A DNA stretch of 64,000 bases from Terriglobales bacterium (GTDB lineage Bacteria > Acidobacteriota > Terriglobia > Terriglobales > Acidobacteriaceae), in assembly GCA_963792225.1 (NCBI GenBank), contig CAWBVM010000011.1, forward strand, positions 37,406-101,405, read 5' to 3'. The number at the start of each line of letters is the position of its first letter. The first letter of the stretch is position 1. A program made the position numbers and the translations under genes. The notes below the pieces were generated by a model. It saw nothing but the letters and a program-made list of their open reading frames with translations, was not told the origin of the DNA and searched no databases. Of the stretch, positions 58,604 through 64,000 are shown one piece after another.

Positions 58604-58618
58604 TCCGATAAAACCAAA

Positions 58619-61261
<2,643 letters not shown>

Positions 61262-61534
61262 TCAGACCAAAGCGTCTGATAGCAAAAGGTTTAAATGTCC
61301 TTCGTAAACTCTATTTTAGCACAGGGAAGCTTGCGGCCGTGGCATTGTAAACAAGGGTAAAACTCCTAGGCAAGCACAAATACAGACACTTGGGAACGAA
61401 AATCGGGGGTAAGGACAAACCGTCGTAATCGATCTTCAGTTACTAGAGGTTACAAGAAGGTTCAACAAAGAATATTCTGATTTTGCGTCAGGGGCAATCA
61501 ACAAAACCCCTTACTTCGCCGAAGGAGAACCTAG

Positions 61535-61750
61535 ATGGAAAACAGAATCAGCGCAATCATCCGTATTGCAGTCGCAGGTGTAGTGGTCATCGCAGGAGCC
61601 GCGATCTTGAATGGTGGCAAAGCAGAGGCTGCAAATACTGGCACCCAGAGCACAATTAAGTCCTTGCCAATTCTCAACGACGGTCCTGCCCCAATGCCAG
61701 TCTGTGATCCTAGGACCCGCTGCGTTAAGCCACTCCTCGGTCCCTCGTAA
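61535..61750 (+). CDS. Small (71 aa) secreted/anchored peptide with two Cys
   Basis: AAGGAG lies 7 nt upstream of the ATG. Hydrophobic N-region IIRIAVAGVVVIAGAAIL with an AEA|A cleavage-like site. The mature roughly 40-aa Pro-rich part contains C-x5-C (VCDPRTRC). Confidence 0.55.
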   Translation: MENRISAIIRIAVAGVVVIAGAAILNGGKAEAANTGTQSTIKSLPILNDGPAPMPVCDPRTRCVKPLLGPS

Positions 61751-62106
61751 GCTTTGCGAACACAATCTCAAGCAGAGGTTTTCAAATTCTTAAAGCGTTC
61801 TTAAAAAACATACTTAACCACCTTTTATAGGAGATCATTACCAAAATGAACCGGCTCCGCCCGCCGCATAGTGGTGGCGGAGTCGCCTTCATCCCCAGGC
61901 GGCGTTGTTATAAGGTCAGGGACACTCGACATGATTCGGCAAAGGTCCTGATTTGCAGTCTGCCCCAATGCCATTTGAAGGCTGACCGCAGACCTTGATT
62001 GTGCAAACATTGTACGGACGGTGGCACCAAAGGTAACTAGTCGACCTGTAATTTCAGTCACTTATGTGTTGCACCGCCTGCACTCCGGGGCTATTCTTAG
62101 CTCCGA

Positions 62107-62973
62107 ATGAACTCCGTACTTCACTCTGTGACGTATATGGTCTGGATAGCGGGCATAGTACTCCAGCTCGCGATCTGCGGCCTTATGCTGCGCAACGGCA
62201 AGCAGAAGTACCCTTGTTTCTTTGCATATTGCCTCTTCGGGGCCACGCAGAACCTGTTGCTACTGGTCTTGCACGCCCTCGGGACGTATCAGCAGTATTT
62301 CTACGCATTTTGGTCAACCGGCGCCGTATCTGCCTACTTTGCGCTCAGCGTGATTCGCGAGATATTCCTGGTGGCGCTCGAGCCATTTGCCGGTCTTCGC
62401 GACCTTGGCCGGATCGCGTTCCGCTGGGCAACCGCCCTGATGATCCTCATCGCGCTCGCCGTAGGGCTGAATATCAAGGCAAACTACATTAGTGTCATCC
62501 AGACAGCTGTACTGAACTTTGAGAGCAGCGTTCGGATGATGCAGGTCGGTCTGCTCCTGATGATGTTCTTCTTCTCGAAGCGGATAGGCCTTTCCATCCG
62601 CAGCCGGACCTTTGGGATCGCCCTCGGCGTCGGCACAACCGCAGCCATTAACCTCTTCAGTGTCAGCCTGTTATCTGGTGTGGGCACGGCGCATCTTGTT
62701 CTCGTGAATCAGTTCCGCGCAGGCTTCTTCCTGGTTGCCGCAGTAACCTGGTGCACCTACTTTGCAGTGCCCGCCCCGCAGGAAAAGTTTGTGATGGTAC
62801 CCATTGCTTCACCGCTTATGCGGTGGAATGAGGTCGCTGCAGCGCTCGGTCATCCCGCCGGTCGCGTCGTCTATGCCAATGGTACCGAGCCGTTCCTACC
62901 TCAGGCCGAACGTATGGTGGATGAGATTTGGGAGCAGAACTTTGGCCATGGCAACGTCCGAAGTACATCCTGA
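62107..62973 (+). CDS. Hypothetical 7-TM integral membrane protein with a short soluble C-tail
   Basis: Seven hydrophobic segments across 230 aa and a roughly 55-aa C-terminal hydrophilic tail. No family recognised. Confidence 0.65.
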   Translation: MNSVLHSVTYMVWIAGIVLQLAICGLMLRNGKQKYPCFFAYCLFGATQNLLLLVLHALGTYQQYFYAFWSTGAVSAYFALSVIREIFLVALEPFAGLRDLGRIAFRWATALMILIALAVGLNIKANYISVIQTAVLNFESSVRMMQVGLLLMMFFFSKRIGLSIRSRTFGIALGVGTTAAINLFSVSLLSGVGTAHLVLVNQFRAGFFLVAAVTWCTYFAVPAPQEKFVMVPIASPLMRWNEVAAALGHPAGRVVYANGTEPFLPQAERMVDEIWEQNFGHGNVRSTS

Positions 62974-63019
62974 CGCTTCGTTCTTGTTCTTCAAGATAAG
63001 CAAGATAATCCAGTGGCGA

Positions 63020-64000
63020 TTACGCCACCTGTTCTGTTTCCGGGGTGAGTTGACCCAATAGATCCAGCAGCGTCCGTAAGATCTCCTCCGTACCGCTCGC
63101 TCGCAGGTTGAACTTCAGGAGCCCTGACGGAGAGAACTGCGCTCCTTTATTCTGCGCCACAAACTTCATCAGCTTGCCCGGATCGACATTGGCGGAGTCC
63201 GTAAACTTGATGCTCACCGCATTCAGTCTCCGGTCGAGCGTCGCAACGCCTGAATTATGCGCCGCAATTTTAAGCTCCGTCGCCAGCAGCAGGTGATGGA
63301 CAGGCGCCGGCGCAGGCCCATAGCGGTCCAGCAGTTCCGCCCGAACATCGTTGAGCATCTGCACCGTCTCCGCTCCGGCGATGCGCTTATACATACGCAG
63401 GCGCTGGTTCTCCTCAGAGATATAGTTGTTCGGGATGCGCAGATTGAGCGCCAGATTGAGTTGCGTAGCCGGACGCTCCTCAGCAATTCCGCCCCCCTGC
63501 ATCTCGCGCACCGTCTGTTCGAGCATGGTGGTGTACATCTCGAATCCGATTGCCTCGATTACCCCGGATTGTTCGCCACCGAGCAAGTTACCGGCCCCTC
63601 GCAATTCGAGGTCGAGGGCTGCGATCTTGAATCCCGCGCCGAGGTCCGAGAATTCTTTGAGGGCTGCCAGCCGCCTTCGCGCGACCGGAGATAGGTCTGT
63701 GTCCGGCGGGATCAGAAGATACGCGTAAGCGCGCCGACTGGAGCGGCCCACTCGTCCCCGCAGTTGGTAAAGTTCTGACAGTCCGTGCCGGTCCGCACGG
63801 TTGATCAGGATCGTGTTGCAAAGCGGGATGTCGAGCCCGTTCTCGATGATCGTCGTCGCCACCAAAATGTCGTATTCGTGGCGCATGAAGGCGAGCATGA
63901 CCTTTTCGAGTTCGCCCTCTGTCAATTGGCCGTGTCCGATGATCACGCGTGCACTCGGAACGAGTTCGCGTATCTTTGCCGCGATCTCATAGATCGATTC
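63020..64000 (-). CDS. mfd: Transcription-repair coupling factor, C-terminal part (5' end outside window)
   Basis: The frame is open to the window edge. ELVPSARVIIGHGQLTEGELEKVM, helicase motif VI QLRGRVGRS, and the TRCF C-terminal domain. Confidence 0.93.
   Translation of the reverse strand, partial: ESIYEIAAKIRELVPSARVIIGHGQLTEGELEKVMLAFMRHEYDILVATTIIENGLDIPLCNTILINRADRHGLSELYQLRGRVGRSSRRAYAYLLIPPDTDLSPVARRRLAALKEFSDLGAGFKIAALDLELRGAGNLLGGEQSGVIEAIGFEMYTTMLEQTVREMQGGGIAEERPATQLNLALNLRIPNNYISEENQRLRMYKRIAGAETVQMLNDVRAELLDRYGPAPAPVHHLLLATELKIAAHNSGVATLDRRLNAVSIKFTDSANVDPGKLMKFVAQNKGAQFSPSGLLKFNLRASGTEEILRTLLDLLGQLTPETEQVA

Noticed and set aside
61825-62061. 78-aa minus-strand ORF, and the overlapping 52-aa plus-strand ORF starting at 61846.
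   Set aside because: They are mutually exclusive. The minus ORF has a GTG start with no RBS. The plus ORF has an AGGAGA but an Arg/Cys-rich, non-protein-like sequence. Neither can be supported without conservation or expression data, so both are mentioned only under the 61232-62973 finding.

Overview
Gene-dense chromosomal window with about 60 protein-coding genes. I found no rRNA or tRNA genes, CRISPR array, transposase, integrase or phage module. It reads like core genome of an Acidobacteriota (Terriglobia-like) bacterium. That placement is an inference from four things: an ADOP-type duplicated FtsX permease, a TIGR03118-type beta-propeller protein, a Ser/Thr kinase with a TonB_C-like tail, and GC-rich mosaic intergenic repeats.

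Recognisable anchors are fabD, clpB (preceded by hsp20), dtd, gatB, ggt, rnr, queD, der, a DinG/XPD-type helicase, gyrB and the 3' part of mfd. The window also holds a TetR-HlyD-ABC-ABC2 efflux operon. Envelope and protein-quality-control genes are numerous: DsbA-like, SurA-like PPIase, HtrA, two thioredoxin-fold proteins, DinB, YtxH, BON and YidB.

The most striking property is a strongly non-random pattern of indel frameshifts. Nine to ten genes are broken, several of them many times over: gatB, an ABC-F ATPase, the efflux ABC ATPase and permease, malate synthase and the kinase. More than 15 kb of neighbouring long genes (clpB, gyrB, rnr, ADOP permease, helicase, ggt, der) read through cleanly. 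The conserved peptide segments are otherwise undamaged, so I favour localised consensus errors over true pseudogenes. The sequence alone cannot settle this.

Other items worth a second look:
- a roughly 950 bp non-coding gap (9.07-10.02 kb) packed with mosaic repeats and two inverted pairs of DnaA-box-like TGTGGAAA/TCCACA motifs
- copies of the same repeat family flanking a LysR gene
- 10-bp tandem iterons upstream of a CPXCG mini-protein gene
- a perfect 9-4-9 palindrome abutting the TetR gene
- tandem, possibly fused, DUF6328-like paralogues
- a well-signalled 71-aa secreted two-Cys peptide next to a 7-TM protein, between gyrB and mfd

I did not find a convincing new defence, mobile or biosynthetic system. 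The findings are graded accordingly.
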